From Schmidtea nova (lineage: Eukaryota), in NCBI GenBank assembly GCA_044892505.1, contig CM097882.1, positions 16,678,001 through 16,742,000 of the forward strand: a stretch of 64,000 nucleotides of DNA, read 5' to 3'. Of this stretch, positions 12,571 to 25,719 are shown piece by piece. Made by a program: the position numbers and the translations under genes. The notes beneath the pieces are model-generated. The model ran no database searches. It saw only the letters and a list, made by a program, of their open reading frames with translations, and was not told the origin of the DNA. Numbering within the stretch: position 1 is the first letter of the stretch; each line of letters opens with the position of its first letter.

Positions 12571-13099
12571 TATTTTCATGATTGCAGTTTATGTGAAACC
12601 CGATAAAATACACATCTTTGATAATAAAAATGTTTAATAAATAAATATTTGTATTTAAATTTTGAATTAATTTTTATTATTTTTAGAAATAATTGAATAT
12701 TTATTTATTTAATCATTTAAATTATCGGAGTGAAGAATTAAATTGGACATGTAATAAGAAGTATCAAAAAATATTTCATTAGTTGCTTACTTATCCTTTT
12801 AATATGTTTACCTAGGTAACAGAGTTTTTATAATGATTTTTAAATTAATTATACATGTTAGTTATCAAGTGAAGAAATAGATGAACAATGATTTCAATAG
12901 AGCTTTGAATTAAAAGTCATTTGCATTTTAAATATATTCAAAATTTTAATAACTTTAAAAATTTTATTTTAAGTACGTAGATATTAGTATACCTTTTTGA
13001 AAACTGATAATCAACTAAAGATTAATTCTATTATTCAAAGTAATAAATTTAATTTTATTACACGATATTTAGAATCAGTTAGTTTTAAATATCATATCT

Positions 13100-13995
13100 A
13101 GTTAATGTGAAGAGTTAGTTGGTTGATGCATAGAACTAGTTGGTTAGTAATGAATTGATTGCTGGTTAGTTAGTTAGTTAGTTACTTGGTTAATGTGAAA
13201 AGTTAGTTGGTTGATGTATAGAACTAGTTGGTTAGTAATGAATTGATTGCTGGTTAGTTAGTTAGTTAGTTACTTGGTTAATGTGAAGAGTTAGTTGGTT
13301 GATGTATAGAACTAGTTGGTTAGTAAGGAAGTGGTTGCTGGTTAGTTAGTTAGTTGGTTGGTTAATGTGAAGAGTTAGTTGGTTGATGTATAGAACTAGT
13401 TGGTTAGTAAGGAAGTGGTTGCTGGTTAGTATGTATAGTTAGTCAGTTAGTTAGTTACTTGGTTAATGTGAATAAAGTTAGTTGGTTAATGTATAGAACT
13501 AGTTGGTTAGTAATGTATTGGTTGCTGGTTAGTTAGTTAGTTACTTGGTTAATGTGAAGAGTTAGTTGGTTGATGTATAGAACTAGTTGGTTAGTAAGGA
13601 AGTGGTTTTTGGTTAGTTAGTTAGTTGGTTGGTTAATGTGAAGAGTTAGTTGGTTGATGTATAGAACTAGTTGGTTAGTAAGGAAGTGGTTGCTGGTTAG
13701 TTAGTTAGTTGGTTGGTTAATGTGAAGAGTTAGTTGGTTGATGTATAGAACTAGTTGGTTAGTAAGGAAGTGGTTGCTGGTTAGTATGTATAGTTAGTCA
13801 GTTAGTTAGTTACTTGGTTAATGTGAATAAAGTTAGTTGGTTAATGTATAGAACTAGTTGGTTAGTAATGTATTGGTTGCTGGTTAGTTAGTTAGTTAGT
13901 TACTTGGTTAATGTGAAGAGTTAGTTGGTTGATGTATAGAACTAGTTGGTTAGTAAGGAAGTGGTTTTGGGTTAGTATGTATAGTTAGTTAGTTG
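13100..13995 (-). repeat. Mirror copy of the A/C-rich minisatellite
   Basis: Reverse complement of 6740-7636. Confidence 0.9.
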
Positions 13996-16338
13996 GTTAG
14001 TATAGATAAAGTTAGTAAGTAAGGAATTGTACTATTTTTAACTAAGGGGATTGGAATATCTGATATATAGGCAATAGGAAGTGATTGACACATGGAAAAA
14101 TTTCCTAGTTGGTTAATATATAGAGTCAGTTGGTAACTTGTAAGTAACTAATCGATTGTTGATTTGTGGATAGAGTCAGTTGGCATTTGATCAGTTACTA
14201 GTCAGTGGTTTATTTGTGTGTGTAATGAGATTATTAGTTTATTGATCGGTTTATTGCTGGTACTTAGNNNNNNNNNNNNNNNNNNNNNNNNNNNNNNNNN
14301 NNNNNNNNNNNNNNNNNNNNNNNNNNNNNNNNNNNNNNNNNNNNNNNNNNNNNNNNNNNNNNNNNNNNNNNNNNNNNNNNNNNNNNNNNNNNNNNNNNNN
14401 NNNNNNNNNNNNNNNNNNNNNNNNNNNNNNNNNNNNNNNNNNNNNNNNNNNNAATTATTACGTTTATTTTTAAAAATTTATGTCATTAATTGATATTTTT
14501 TAACTTAGTATACAAAATTATAAAAAATCTTGTTTAATAACTATTTTTATTCTAAATAAATTCAATATTTACATGTGTTTTATTTACTACATTTGATCAT
14601 TTCCTTAAAAAACATCATATTGAAAAAAAAAACAATTAGATTTGTATTTATTAGTTAAAAAATTTTACTTATGAAAAATATTAATTAAAAAAATTTTCAT
14701 TGATTTTATTGCTAAAAAATTCTACATTGACCTTATTGTTAATAAATTTTACTTTAAAAAATAATTAATTATTCTCACATTTTTCAAATATTACCTTAAA
14801 AAGTTCCTTTAAAAGCAATTCTTTTTTAAATTATGACATTAAAACTCACGTCTTTCTTAATTTACTTTTTTATTCTTAATTTACTTATATTTCTATTTAT
14901 CATTAAATTCATAATTATTTTTAAAATTCTATCTTTAATTTATTTACTTTGATATTTTTCATAAATCCAGTACAAATTATTTTTAAATTCTAAGTTTAAT
15001 TTACTTATTATTTCCATGCTTTTATTTAATGTATCATTTTACTTGATAAATTCAATACAAAATAATGAGTGAATTATTTACTGAGTTTTGAAATTCGTAT
15101 AGAATTTATTTACTTTTTTATTTAATGTACCATTTTACTTGATAAATTAAATACAAAATAATGAGTGAATTATTTATTGAGTTTTGAAATTCGTATAGAA
15201 TTTATTTACTTTTTTATTTAATTATCATAAATTTATTTAGATTTAATTATTTAGTTTAAAAATTTTTATTTTAAATATTTCCACGTTTTTAAGTATTTTA
15301 CCCTTTTTTACTGAGACTGTAATTTTACGTATAAAATTTTGATTTTTTCATGATTTTAATTTTTTGACCATTATTGTTTGCCTTTCAATTCTCAGTAGAT
15401 TGGTATAAAAATTATTGAATTCTGACAACTTTTTAATTTTTTTGAATTTCCCCGAGTTGACCCTTTTTACGTGTAAAAATTGGGTCGGAAAAGTCAAAAT
15501 TTTCATGTTTTTACTTTTTGAACCTTTTTTGTTCGTCATTCGATTCTCAGTAGATTGGTATAAAAATTATTTGATTCTGACCAATTTTTAATTTTCCTCG
15601 ACCAAAATATTATTTCAAAATCAAAATCAAGATCAAAAATCATATTCAAATTACCAGAGTCCCTTTTTGCCCGAGAAAATCTCGGAGTTGAAAATCCTAT
15701 ACAAAATAATAGGACTAAAAGTCTTATACAAAAATCCAGATCAAAAATTCCTGTACAAAAACCCCAGAGTCCCTTTTTTGCTCTAGAAAATCTCGGAGTA
15801 GAAATCCCTATTCAAAATAACCAGAGTAAAAATCCTTTACAAAAATTAATAAAAATAAATAAAAATAAATTAATTAAAATTAATAATTAATATAAATTAA
15901 TAAAAATTAATAAAAATAAATTAATAAAAATTAATTATTAAAANNNNNNNNNNNNNNNNNNNNNNNNNNNNNNNNNNNNNNNNNNNNNNNNNNNNNNNNN
16001 NNNNNNNNNNNNNNNNNNNNNNNNNNNNNNNNNNNNNNNNNNNNNNNNNNNNNNNNNNNNNNNNNNNNNNNNNNNNNNNNNNNNNNNNNNNNNNNNNNNN
16101 NNNNNNNNNNNNNNNNNNNNNNNNNNNNNNNNNNNNNNNNNNNNNNNNNNNNNNNNNNNNNNNNNNNNNNNNNNNNNNNNNNNNNNNNNNNNNNNNNNNN
16201 NNNNNNNNNNNNNNNNNNNNNNNNNNNNNNNNNNNNNNNNNNNNNNNNNNNNNNNNNNNNNNNNNNNNNNNNNNNNNNNNNNNNNNNNNNNNNNNNNNNN
16301 NNNNNNNNNNNNNNNNNNNNNNNNNNNNNNNNNNNNNN

Positions 16339-16951
16339 AGAACGCGCGTGAAACGCGCGTTCAATGCGTACTGTGATTTGTCTTATACAACAAGGAAGAA
16401 GAACGCGCGTTTCACGCGCGTTCAATGAGTACAGTAATTTTTCTTAAACACACACACAAGTTATCTCTGTACAAAAAATTAGTTAGTTAGTAGATAGTAT
16501 GACCATTATACTCACCCTTCAATTACCTTTTGTTTGATGTACATATTATAAGAATTAAAAAAGGTTGAAGGTTTTTGACCCTTTCAAGGTTCAGGACACT
16601 CCATACACCTTTGAAAGTATGACCATCATACTTACCTCTCAATTACCTTTTGTTTGATATGTATATTATAAGGTTTGAAAAAAGTGGAAGGTTTTTGACC
16701 CTTTGAAGGTCAATGACCCTCCATAAACCTTCGAGGGTATGACCATTGGATAGAACTCTCCAAGACCTTTCGAATGATACCATTGTTTGAAGGTTTGACC
16801 TTATTTGACCTTTGGAAATTTAAATATAAAATTTGAATTTGAAATTACGTCATCGATTACGCCATCAAAAAAATCGGGGGAGGGGGGGTCACGAAATATT
16901 ACGTAATTATGACGTAATTTCGATGAGTCATGCTCCTCATAACTATCAACT
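16339..16951 (-). repeat. Right terminal region of the palindromic element (TIR-like)
   Basis: Mirror of 1780-2376. Confidence 0.85.
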
Positions 16952-16957
16952 CGTTTT

Positions 16958-17182
16958 AAATAAAAAATTGAATTTGCTTGTCGCTATAGTAAATATAAAC
17001 TTTTTCTGTATTGAGTTTTTACACTATACTTCTATAATATATAAATCGTCGTATATATTAAAATCTCATTTAATAACGGTGAATATAATTTTTAATATTT
17101 GTGAATGTAACTTTGAATAATTTTGCATATAATTATAATAATTTTGAATATAAATAATAATAATTTTGCATATAATTATGAA
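16958..17182 (+). mobile_element. 3' end of the interrupted Tc1/IS630 element
   Basis: Removing the insertion and one TSD gives CCG TTT TAA followed by an overlapping AATAAA; the block ends in the inverted copy of the 504-605 subterminal repeats. Confidence 0.7.
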
Positions 17183-18244
17183 CACATTATTTATTTTTAT
17201 TTTTGTGATTTTTATTTTAACCCTAACATTTTTCATTTAAATTTAACCCATTAATAAGATTTATGACAAATTAATTTGACTCGTTAATGAAAATATAAGA
17301 GACAATTTGGTATTTATACAGACAAAGACATCGCAGTTGATGTTCAATTCAAGTGCATGGCTAGGATAGGTTAACAAAGATTATATTGATTGAAATAAGT
17401 AAAAATTAAATAATCATGTTCAATATTTTGACAAATCTATAAAAACAAATTTAAATGATCAGCTCAATCTAATTTTGGATGAAATTAGAAATCTAAATAG
17501 GAGTCTTCAGTCAAATTTGGTAAAACAAAAATCTGCAAATAAATCATCGATAATGAAATTCACATAATTTATTTAGAACTATTTTCTAAGTCTTTATTTC
17601 AATAATGATGAGTCATAGACCTTTTTAACATGGCCACTTTAAACCTCTGCAGAACAAAAACTACGAGTCATACCAAGAAGTATTACGTATCATCTTGTAG
17701 CTTGACTCATCCTTTGTCGAATCAATGACTCGTCATGATAACTAATGTCTTCAAGAATGAGTAGTTCATTTGTGAGCCAAAGAGCACACGTTTTACAACT
17801 ATAATACATTTTATTTGATACTTTTATTTGAGTTTTAAAAATAATAATTAATTAATAAGTAAGAATTTCATTTTAAAATCAAACATACAACAATAATAGT
17901 TTAATATAATTAATTAAAAACCCGCACGGACTTTTACTTAGTTTAACTTACAAATTTATATGACATTCTGTTCAAACAGATCAATTTTGACATTTTTGAA
18001 ATATTTCATTTATAGTTGTAATTTAAGAAATATTCAAACAATTTTCTTGACTTTCAAGAACATTTTATTTTTAGTCTCAATTGATCATTTTCAAATTCAA
18101 TATATCTTTTAGACAATAAATCCGTCTAGAATATAACCAGATTAATTCAATAGTAAAAGCTCGCAATTACACCAAACGGCATAAATTAAGGGCCAGACAG
18201 GCAACAGCTAATGTATCTATAATAATAAATTATTTTACATATAG

Positions 18245-18288
<44 letters not shown>

Positions 18289-18480
18289 ACTGCAGATTAG
18301 GACAAAGAAAAAAAGCACAGTCTTAAATTACGGGTCTATACTATAGAAAATAAGAAAAATAAATTACGTAAAAAACACACTTACACAACACACAAAAAAC
18401 CTATAATGAAAATTACAAACTTATGGACATAATTTAAGTGACAATCTTTAATTAAGGGATTTTCAAATTTTAAAAAAATC

Positions 18481-19007
18481 ATGATTTATGAAGATATTTC
18501 AAAAGTTCGTCTGAATCAAACATGCCAATTATTAGAGAGTATCAAGCAGAAATGTAAATATACAATTATATTAAAAAATTTAATAAAAAATATTTTTAGA
18601 AATGCAGAAAATGAACCTATAATGCCTGAAACGGCCGAAACTGTAGAAAGAAAACATCGAAAAAGTAAAACTAATTTCAATTTTTAATTTTTTACTAAAC
18701 ATTTTATAGATATACAGAACATGACAAGATATTGCTAATAGAAGTAATGAAACGGGTTGAAAATTATGAAGAATTTGGCCGGCAAATTGGTTTTGAACCT
18801 AATATTCTTTGCAATTTATCCACAAAAACAATATCTAGATTTTGAAAAGATAAGCTGATTATAAAATTCATATGGAATTAGTCAAAAGATTTGTGGAGGA
18901 AGAATTAGAAAAGGATCATATTTTCATTTGAAAAATTATTATGATCATATTAAAAGGTTCTTCCCAAAGTCTTTATTCAAAAAGGAAATCTTGGCGACAT
19001 GTAAATA
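18481..19007 (+). pseudogene. Decayed spliced gene with a death-domain-like segment
   Basis: Short AT-rich intron-like spacers separate coding-like blocks; one block reads LLIEVMKRVENYEEFGRQIGFEPNIL, then frameshifted MELVKRFVEEE...; family assignment is by eye only. Confidence 0.35.
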
Positions 19008-20791
19008 AGCAAATGTAATTATATAATAACTTACCTTTTCAATAATTCATAAATATCTAAAAAGTATATTTATAAAATAAATAGATACTTAACTTTAAAT
19101 ATGTAATTAAATTAAAATATGTTAAAACAGCTTTAAAATATGATTTAAAAAACATAATAAACAAGAATTACTCACCAATTGCCTGTAATAAGTGTCTTTG
19201 TGGCCCTTAATTACAGACTATTGGTGTACTTATTTGCTTTTAAAATATTAAGATATTAAGGTAGCAGAATAAAGTAGATCAACAAAAACACACAACGATT
19301 GCATGTCTTCTCAAAAGACATTTTCTATAAATAAAAATAGATGCATTGCAGACAATCAATGAAAGAACTCTCAAAATAAATAAATAAAAAATAATAATAA
19401 ATTAAAAAAGACAATGATAATAATTGCCAATCAACTATGAGTAAGGTTCCTTATCATTAATATCAAAAATAACACTAAAATAGTCTTCAAATGAAATAAT
19501 TAAAAAACGCAAAAAAATATTAGCGGACGAATGGTTTCTCGATCTGAAGAATATTGCATGTACATTAACAATAGGCTGTAATTATTATTTAACTAAAATA
19601 ATTAAAGATAGAGTAAAAATGTATAAAATATATAATAGCGGCAACCGTATTATATTCAGTATTTCAGGAATACTGTCGAACTCTGTAAAAATACAAACAA
19701 GGAGGACTCGACATTTTTTACACGTAATGTGAAATTTATTTTCAATCCAATATTTTCTAATTTCAAGAAACCAGAATTACTGTATAATAAAGTTTTAATA
19801 ATTTTTTTATAAAATATTTAATTACAGTACTTAAGAACCAGGGGGGTTGATTTCATTGTGCGTATTAGAAATCCAAAATCACGAAATTCTTTTTTGCTTG
19901 CACGCGTAAAAATTAAAATTTCCAAAATTAAATCTTCCTTTTTGTATATTTATCAAAAGAAAATGAAAAAGCAATTATTGTAATTAAAAAGTAACTAATT
20001 AAAACAAATATTAAATAATTATTTGACTTCGTCGAATTTGGTTAAAGTATTTGAAAATCTTTAAGTTTCATATCTTTGATTTCCAAGAAAAAGTCTCTAA
20101 TTAATTTCCTGGAAAAGAGTAAAATATCAAATATTATAACCGACGCTACCTTTTTATCTTTTGATCAGAGCTTCAGTTTAGACAAGATCGGAATTGGGAT
20201 AACTTATATTTTATTGCATCTTTCCACGACACGAATATTCTATCTGATTGATCTTAGCACGAATGTTTATATATAAAAAAACCGACTAAAAACATGTTAA
20301 AAATCCTCATGAATAAATGATTTATTTTGGTTTTGGGAGATTCAAAAGGAACGAATCGGATTTGCAGTAGGAAGAAATTGCTTATTTGACATTTTTAGAT
20401 AAACTAGAAAAAGCAATCAATTATTTTTTTTATTTTGGAATTTTCCTAAGTATTTTATACTTTTTTATTAATTGGAGATGTTGTTTTGATTTTCTTTTTA
20501 CAAAACCTTTAACGAAAAATGAATTTAATTAATAATTAAATTAATTAAATAATTAATTTTTTTTATTAAAGAAAAACACTATATAGACAACTGAGATATC
20601 ATCTTAGTAATTTTAATAACATAGATTAGGGGTAGTGGTGGTAAGTTTAGTATAACACTTGATGAAGGAGCAAGCGCACAGAAACATCTTTTGCGCTTTC
20701 ATGTACTTTAAATATCGTGTTAGCAACAGTAACAAATTATTTAGACTCGTTTAATTTGTTATTCACAAAATATATTGTTTATATCTTAAAT

Positions 20792-21047
20792 CAGCGTTTT
20801 ACAAACTAGGAGACGCGCCTTCCTAGGGAAGCGTGGACTAGTCTAAGGGGAGGATCGAATATCAGACAGGATTGACAAAAAAGGTGCACGTGCAGCTAAT
20901 AAAATACGTAACATATAGGTACATATTAACTACATATTTAGTACTAAAATGTTTTGTGTTTGTAGTATTTTATAAAATGGAAGAGAGACACTATATGATC
21001 AAATATTTTTAAAGGAGCCGTTGTAAAATAAAGTTTGGAAACCACTG
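20792..21047. mobile_element. hAT-type MITE
   Basis: Ends CAGCGTTTTACAAACT / AGTTTGGAAACCACTG; 8-bp flanks TCTTAAAT / CCTTAAAT (7/8 match). Confidence 0.75.
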
Positions 21048-21139
21048 CCTTAAATGATAGTACACGTCTAATGGTCAGATTTGGGATAGATTGACCTTCT
21101 GAATCACATTTGGTGGTGGTTATAAAGTTTTATATAAAG

Positions 21140-21450
21140 AAAAATAATGAATTGGAGGATGATGACAGGATAACGACCACTAAGAAGGTGATGATCAATT
21201 CCAAGAATATGGGTATGAAACACAGTTTTTCGACGATTCTAATAAACTGAAGGAATTTGTGAGACGGATAGACAAAAACAATTGAAGAACGCACGGATTT
21301 TGATTTAAACTTTTTAAAATTGACTGAGAGGTATTTAATTTTACTAAAGAAAATTATCGACGAATTTTGGCGGAAACTCCAACTTGAGCCTGTGCTAGAA
21401 AAGCTAGTCAAAAGGTATTCAGAAGATATTCAAAAGACTTTTTGTTTATA
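21140..21450 (+). pseudogene. Frameshifted coding-like remnant (KLKEFVRRID...; IIDEFWRKLQLEP)
   Basis: Raised GC, two overlapping open frames, motifs resembling death-domain helix 2 and the 18.7-kb and 47.1-kb fragments. Confidence 0.3.
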
Positions 21451-22656
21451 AATTTCAATATTTTATTTGCAAAAAAATAATTCATATATGTACCGCTATT
21501 TTACGTAATGCAAAATCTTATCAAGTAGCCTAAATTCTTTTATAAATAAAAAATTGAAAACTTTTTAAAATCAACCGGCACTACTAAACTTGTAAATGTA
21601 AAACTTTTATATTACAATAAAAGAATTCAGCAATTTAATAATTTAATATGAAATAAATAAATAATTTTTCAGTAATAAAATTAGCCAAGCTCGCGGTACC
21701 CTTTTATATATCTGCAGCGCACTATGGCGCCGTGGCGTCCGCTGAGTGCCACTGCTCTAAATGTTTTAGTTTTTCCAAAATAGTTTTTTTTTAAAAGTTT
21801 ACATAAAAATGAAAATAAAATGTTTTAATTGAAAATTGTTGCAGATTTTTTATTTTAATCTTTTGCCTTTTTTTTCAAAACAATACCTATTCATACGGTT
21901 AGCGGCGGCTGCTGAAGAATAGAAACTCGTAATAAAATGAAAAATAAAAATAAACTTTTTTATTAGTAAATGCAAAAGGAAAATAAATTCAATTTAGAAA
22001 TAATCGGGAGGTCAATATTTTGGTTATTCATTTGGATCGAAGGGTTCTGTTCTCAAAAAGTAGATTGAGGCTTTATAAGCCTTTTAGAGATATTTGCTTG
22101 GTAATTTTTGGACTGTCCAAAATCCGAAAAAAATCGCTTTTGGAAATAATTCCTAGAATAATTTAAAAAAAATTACCATTTCCTCGCATCCTTCAATAAT
22201 TCCTGTAATCCCAGTTAAAAATTTCATTTCCAAAATGCTTTTACCAACTATATTTCATTAAAATATAAATTAATATAATTTCATTTCATTTTAAACAAAC
22301 AAGCTAAATTCCTCCATAAATTGTCAATTGTCTATGAATTACAATTATCTTGACACCATCATAATGCGGGTTAAGTAACAGAATATTTCCCCGTTTTTTT
22401 TTCTGTCAAAATTTTATTAAATTTGAATAGTCTCAAAACGCTTGATATTGTCAGGATATTTTTTTAATATTTCTTTTTTAATTCTCTGGTGAAAAAAAAA
22501 TCCATTTAATTTTCTTGTGTCATTAATATTATTTCATGATCGATTAAAACAAAATTTATTGGTTAAATAAATTTTTATTAAATTTAGAATTAGCTGGATA
22601 ATTCTCACAGAATCAGAAATGTTGAAAAAATAGAGATCGAAATTACAAAAAAAAAA

Positions 22657-22978
22657 CTATCGGATCATATCTGACGTGATAATCGCGTTGGTAGTGAGGT
22701 TGTCGTCGTTAATGTTCGTTTGGGAATTGATTAGAGGTAACAGTTGATGGTGAACAGGACACTGGAGCAGTGCGAGAATATTCACTGCACATTCGGATTC
22801 GGCGTATTGATTGACGAATTGATTATAACAATTGCAGATCTCTGATTCGCTGTCATTGGTTAATTTGTTCGCTCTGTTGGAGTTCGCATAAAAATAGGAG
22901 TTGCTCTCTTCTTCCATTAATGGAGGGAAAATATAATTCGACAGTTGTTGAGATGGTAGTTTTTCCGGTTTCATTGCT
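22657..22978 (-). CDS. Probable exon of an unidentified host gene (105-aa open frame MKPEKLPSQQ...TSDMIR*)
   Basis: GC-enriched island, polypyrimidine TTTCCAG acceptor at 22979, AG|GTAAGA donor upstream near 23091; reading frame ambiguous. Confidence 0.4.
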
Positions 22979-23426
22979 GGAAATCAAAATGAGAAAATTA
23001 TATAATTTATTAAATATAGTTGTTTGGTTTAAATATTCTATCATTAATTTTAATTAAAAAAATTAATTTTAATTATAAATTTGAATATCTTACCTTTTCA
23101 CTGCTTTAAGTATATTATAAAATAATCAATATTTAATTTATTAAAAAAACATTAAAATAAATTATTTTTTTATGTATAAAATTAATACGTTTTTAAGTTG
23201 GACTCAACAACACAAGAAACTAACTGAAAGATTTTTTATTATTTTTATACATATTATCATTTATTTTAAGTAAATGATANNNNNNNNNNNNNNNNNNNNN
23301 NNNNNNNNNNNNNNNNNNNNNNNNNNNNNNNNNNNNNNNNNNNNNNNNNNNNNNNNNNNNNNNNNNNNNNNNNNNNNNNNNNNNNNNNNNNNNNNNNNNN
23401 NNNNNNNNNNNNNNNNNNNNNNNNNT

Positions 23427-23640
23427 GATCTTTTTTTATTATTTTTATCAATAATTCTCATAATAATGACTATAGATCAAAAATTTTTTTTAAACAATAC
23501 CACAATATTTCGGCACAGCCTTTATCAAGTGTGTATTTCGAAATACACACTTGATAAAGGCTGTGCCGAAATATTGTGGTATTATTTAAAAAAAGATTTT
23601 TGATCTATAGTCATTATGAGAATTATTGATAATAATAATA
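23427..23640. mobile_element. Head-to-head palindromic pair of the U3-A8 hammerhead unit
   Basis: CACAATATTTCGGCACAGCCTTTATCAAGTGTGTATTTC|GAAATACACACTTGATAAAGGCTGTGCCGAAATATTGTG; centre at 23539/23540. Confidence 0.85.
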
Positions 23641-23664
23641 ATAATTATTATTATTATTTAACCA

Positions 23665-24065
23665 TAAAATTCTCAAACATGTTGACAAGGATCAATTTAG
23701 GATTGTTTCCACGTCTTTCAAAGTTAGCAGTTTGTTCACTAATAAATGTCCAACGCCATTTGGTTTGTGTTCTGAGCTCGTGTATCAATTTTCATGTAAT
23801 GGGTGTAATGCCACATACATTGGAGAGACTGCCCGTCATCTCTGCACCCGAGTTCTTGAGCATTGCCGACAAAAAAGACTGACTAATATTAGTGATCATT
23901 TTAGGAAATGTGTCAGTAAAAAAATAGGTATCTCTGATTTTAAAATTATTTCAAAAGGTTTATGTAATTATTGGGAACGAGTAACTTGTTGATTAGATAT
24001 TTAAATCCAAAATGAAATGATCAAGTTGCCCGTTCCACGGATATTTTGAATGTGTTTAAGTAATT
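23665..24065 (+). pseudogene. PLE GIY-YIG endonuclease fragment (second family)
   Basis: CSELVYQFSCNGCNATYIGETARHLCTRVLEHC; premature stop; related copies at 33.5, 38.2 and 57.8 kb. Confidence 0.85.
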
Positions 24066-24532
24066 AAAGGATATGTTTGTTTTTGTGAACATTTTAATTT
24101 TTTTTAACAATTTGTAAATTTTTTGTTGAATTTAAAAATTTTATGTAATAAAAATTAAATTTTTTTAAAAAAAATGTATGTTGTATATTATATAACTTAC
24201 ACTCAAATTATTCCGATACCTCTTCATTCATGGGCTGAACAAATTCTTCCATCAATAAAACGGTATATTTACAAATACTTATAGCGAAAANNNNNNNNNN
24301 NNNNNNNNNNNNNNNNNNNNNNNNNNNNNNNNNNNNNNNNNNNNNNNNNNNNNNNNNNNNNNNNNNNNNNNNNNNNNNNNNNNNNNNNNNNNNNNNNNNN
24401 NNNNNNNNNNNNNNNNNNNNNNNNNNNNNNNNNNNNNNNNNNNNNNNNNNNNNNNNNNNNNNNNNNNNNNNNNNNNNNNNNNNNNNNNNNNNNNNNNNNN
24501 NNNNNNNNNNNNNNNNNNNNNNTTTCAAAGCG

Positions 24533-25370
24533 TGTTTTATTTGATCCACAAAATAACAATTCTCACCCAATATAAACCTTTATTGATTATCACAGGTAAT
24601 TACACGAATTATAATAACAAGATTTATTCAACACTCAAGTAGGCAATTATACGGAGATTATTACAACACTTCGTGAGGAATAGCTCTATGAGTATAGTAA
24701 CAAAATACTCTAACAATCACTAGCCACTGATTGACTCAACAATTGGGTAAATTGTTTTCAATTGTCCTTAGCTTTGACTTGACTTTATCAACTATGTTCT
24801 GACTCTTATTCAATCAAAATGTTTTATTCTATTAAATTAAATTATCTCGAAATCGGTTCTCCACAATACAATTTAAATCTTCTATCGTTTCCAATTTTCG
24901 CGCAACTCACTTTTCTTCTCAATTACAACTCGAATTCTCCACACTTTTCTTCTCCAACTTCGCTTCTTCTTTAGTTCAGATTACTCGCTCTTTATAGTTT
25001 GCCATCGTCCGGCACTCATTGCACTACGCCTTTCTCACTCCTGTCTCTGGCATTTTCCATTTCTGCTTCTGGCATTTCTCATACTTTTTTTAGAGCTTCC
25101 ACGTTATCATTGACAGCTGTCAAGATACCGGTTTTTATTTCGTGTTTTGTTTTTGTTTTCCAATTTCTGAATTCCTTTCTTTTTTCTTGCATTTATTAAT
25201 TATAAGTGACCTTTCTCCGCTTTGTTGTTGAATTTCTTTTCTTTTGTTATTCTTTCCTCATTTCCCATTTTTTGCTTTTTCTTCTCCGAACTCCAAGCTA
25301 CCATACTTGTTTTCCTACAAAGATTTTCAAATTGTCTATTATATTATTTGTTATTTAGGTATCCTAAACA
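24533..25370 (-). mobile_element. LTR-like segment (Ty3/gypsy-type solo LTR candidate)
   Basis: Minus strand starts TGTTTAGGATACCTAAATAA and shares internal blocks (GGAGTTCGGAGAAGAA; ATCTTGACAGCTGTCAA; CTATAAAG) with the TSD-flanked solo LTR at 61864; no TSD found. Confidence 0.55.
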
Positions 25371-25471
25371 ATTATAATAAAATTATTATTATTTTTTTAT
25401 CAAGAAACAAAACACAAATTAATTTTTAAAAATGATTAATTATTTAAAATTTATAAAATATTTAATATACA

Positions 25472-25507
<36 letters not shown>

Positions 25508-25519
25508 CATAATTATCTT

Positions 25520-25654
25520 TTTTCACCTTTGATCTTTTTTTATTATTATTATCAATAATTCTCATAATGACTATAGATCAAAAAATTTTTTTTATAAACA
25601 TGTTATTGTTTATAAAAAAAAATTTTTGATCTATAGTCATTATGAGAATTATTG

Positions 25655-25660
<6 letters not shown>
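25520..25660. repeat. Palindrome of the hammerhead-unit tail with the ribozyme core deleted
   Basis: ...CTCATAATGACTATAGATCAAAAA...TATAAACA TGTTAT TGTTTATA...TTTTTGATCTATAGTCATTATGAG... Confidence 0.75.

Positions 25661-25719
<59 letters not shown>

Larger units (their letters stand above)
1780..16951. mobile_element. Giant palindromic (fold-back) element with Polinton/Maverick-type termini
   Basis: Ends AGTAGATAGTTATGAGGAGCATG... / ...CATGCTCCTCATAACTATCAACT; identical 6-bp flanks CGTTTT (1774-1779, 16952-16957); arms mirror each other around TTCGAA at 10110-10115. Confidence 0.85.

Noticed and set aside
1780-16951. Giant palindrome as a chimeric or fold-back sequencing artefact
   Set aside because: A 6-bp TSD, restoration of the Tc1 stop and poly(A) signal, and arm-specific indels argue for a real insertion; read-level confirmation is still needed.
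22040-22260. Kinase fragment (SDFGQSK) on the minus strand, suggesting a death-domain kinase
   Set aside because: Needs a frameshift and an implausible 24-nt intron, and no other kinase motif was found.
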